This document shows positions 63,701 through 64,000 of a stretch of 64,000 bases of DNA, piece by piece. The translations under genes and the position numbers were made by a program. Location of the stretch: NCBI GenBank assembly GCA_051294905.1, contig CM119373.1:3534001-3598000 (forward strand), given 5' to 3'. Numbering within the stretch: the first letter of the stretch is position 1; every line of letters begins with the position of its first letter. Under the pieces are notes generated by a model. That model did not search any database. It worked only from the letters and a program-made list of their open reading frames with translations, and was not told the DNA's origin. This stretch comes from Botryllus schlosseri. Lineage: Eukaryota.

Positions 63701-63902
63701 TTTCTGAATAACTACAAAATTTATTTGAATACTAAGTTTTCCTTGGAATAATTGGCATAGTGAAATCTAATTTCCGCTGCTTCTACTACAAGCATACACA
63801 CTATTATCTGTTTGCTCATGTTATCAGGTGCATTCACAACCATCGCGATCCATACTACTTTGCCAAATGCGAAGGAAAAAGATGTGAAAAAGATACCGCT
63901 AG
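57778..63902 (+). CDS. receptor gene C (3'-partial): 8-Cys CUB-like ectodomain plus Ser/Thr-rich stalk exons
   Basis: Exons 58835-59041 (207 nt, same length as gene A exon 2; RCTWN) and 60532-60786 carry the 8 Cys; putative signal exon 57778-57817 (MPQRSEFCLFLLT, weaker); phase-1 stalk exons 62955-63038, 63246-63320, 63828-63902; TM and tail not in window. Confidence 0.7.
59467..59941. mobile_element. hAT-type MITE with GGATT subterminal repeats
   Basis: TIRs cagagatgagc / gctcatcgcta; perfect 8-bp TSD ctgtaaag (59459-59466, 59942-59949). Confidence 0.9.
60788..61272. mobile_element. degenerate MITE family R1 copy abutting a gene C splice donor
   Basis: tagggttgtaatg start at 60788, tacaatcctg end at 61272; body similar to other R1 copies; no TSD match. 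Confidence 0.7.
61352..62824 (-). mobile_element. hAT (Charlie-like) deletion derivative with transposase relic and nested fragments
   Basis: TIRs cagcggttctcaacc / ggttgagaaccactg; perfect 8-bp TSD cattatgg (61344-61351, 62825-62832); minus-strand relic ~62060-62235 FSNLRRTVMKRLVLFGCTYI/YEQTFSTMNN with frameshift (hAT FGSTYxCEQxFS motif). Confidence 0.9.
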
Positions 63903-64000
63903 GTAAGGTCTGGAGCAACGAAGCCTATTGCCATGCAGGCCATGGTTATTGAATTTTTACAAGTCATTGTAATGCTACATCGCTACTTTTCTCCATGTTG

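Overview
AT-rich, transposon-dense animal genomic DNA with spliceosomal introns. An invertebrate, possibly tunicate-like, origin is only an impression. (1) Minus strand 5937-41343: 32 coding exons, reconstructed by hand, of an intact ASCC3 (Ski2-like double-cassette helicase) orthologue. They join into one open frame of 1517 codons plus stop and include one GC-AG intron. The N-terminal ~650 aa are not visible anywhere in 41344-64000. (2) Plus strand 46119->64000: a tandem cluster of three highly diverged paralogous type-I membrane genes (A, B, C; C runs off the window). They share exon phases and an 8-Cys CUB-like ectodomain, and A and B have tyrosine-rich cytoplasmic tails. A decayed fourth copy may lie at 42.5-43.0 kb. 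The cluster appears to sit antisense inside a >22 kb ASCC3 intron. (3) ASCC3 intron 37097-39211 holds a ~245-bp tandem array with six decoy copies of the downstream splice acceptor plus ~35 nt of exon, each leading to a premature stop. (4) Many DNA-transposon derivatives with visible TIRs/TSDs (hAT, Chapaev3-like, piggyBac-like, Kolobok-like, foldback MITEs), two tRNA-type SINEs and several minisatellites. No rRNA, tRNA or CRISPR array. All coordinates were read by eye and no database search was run.
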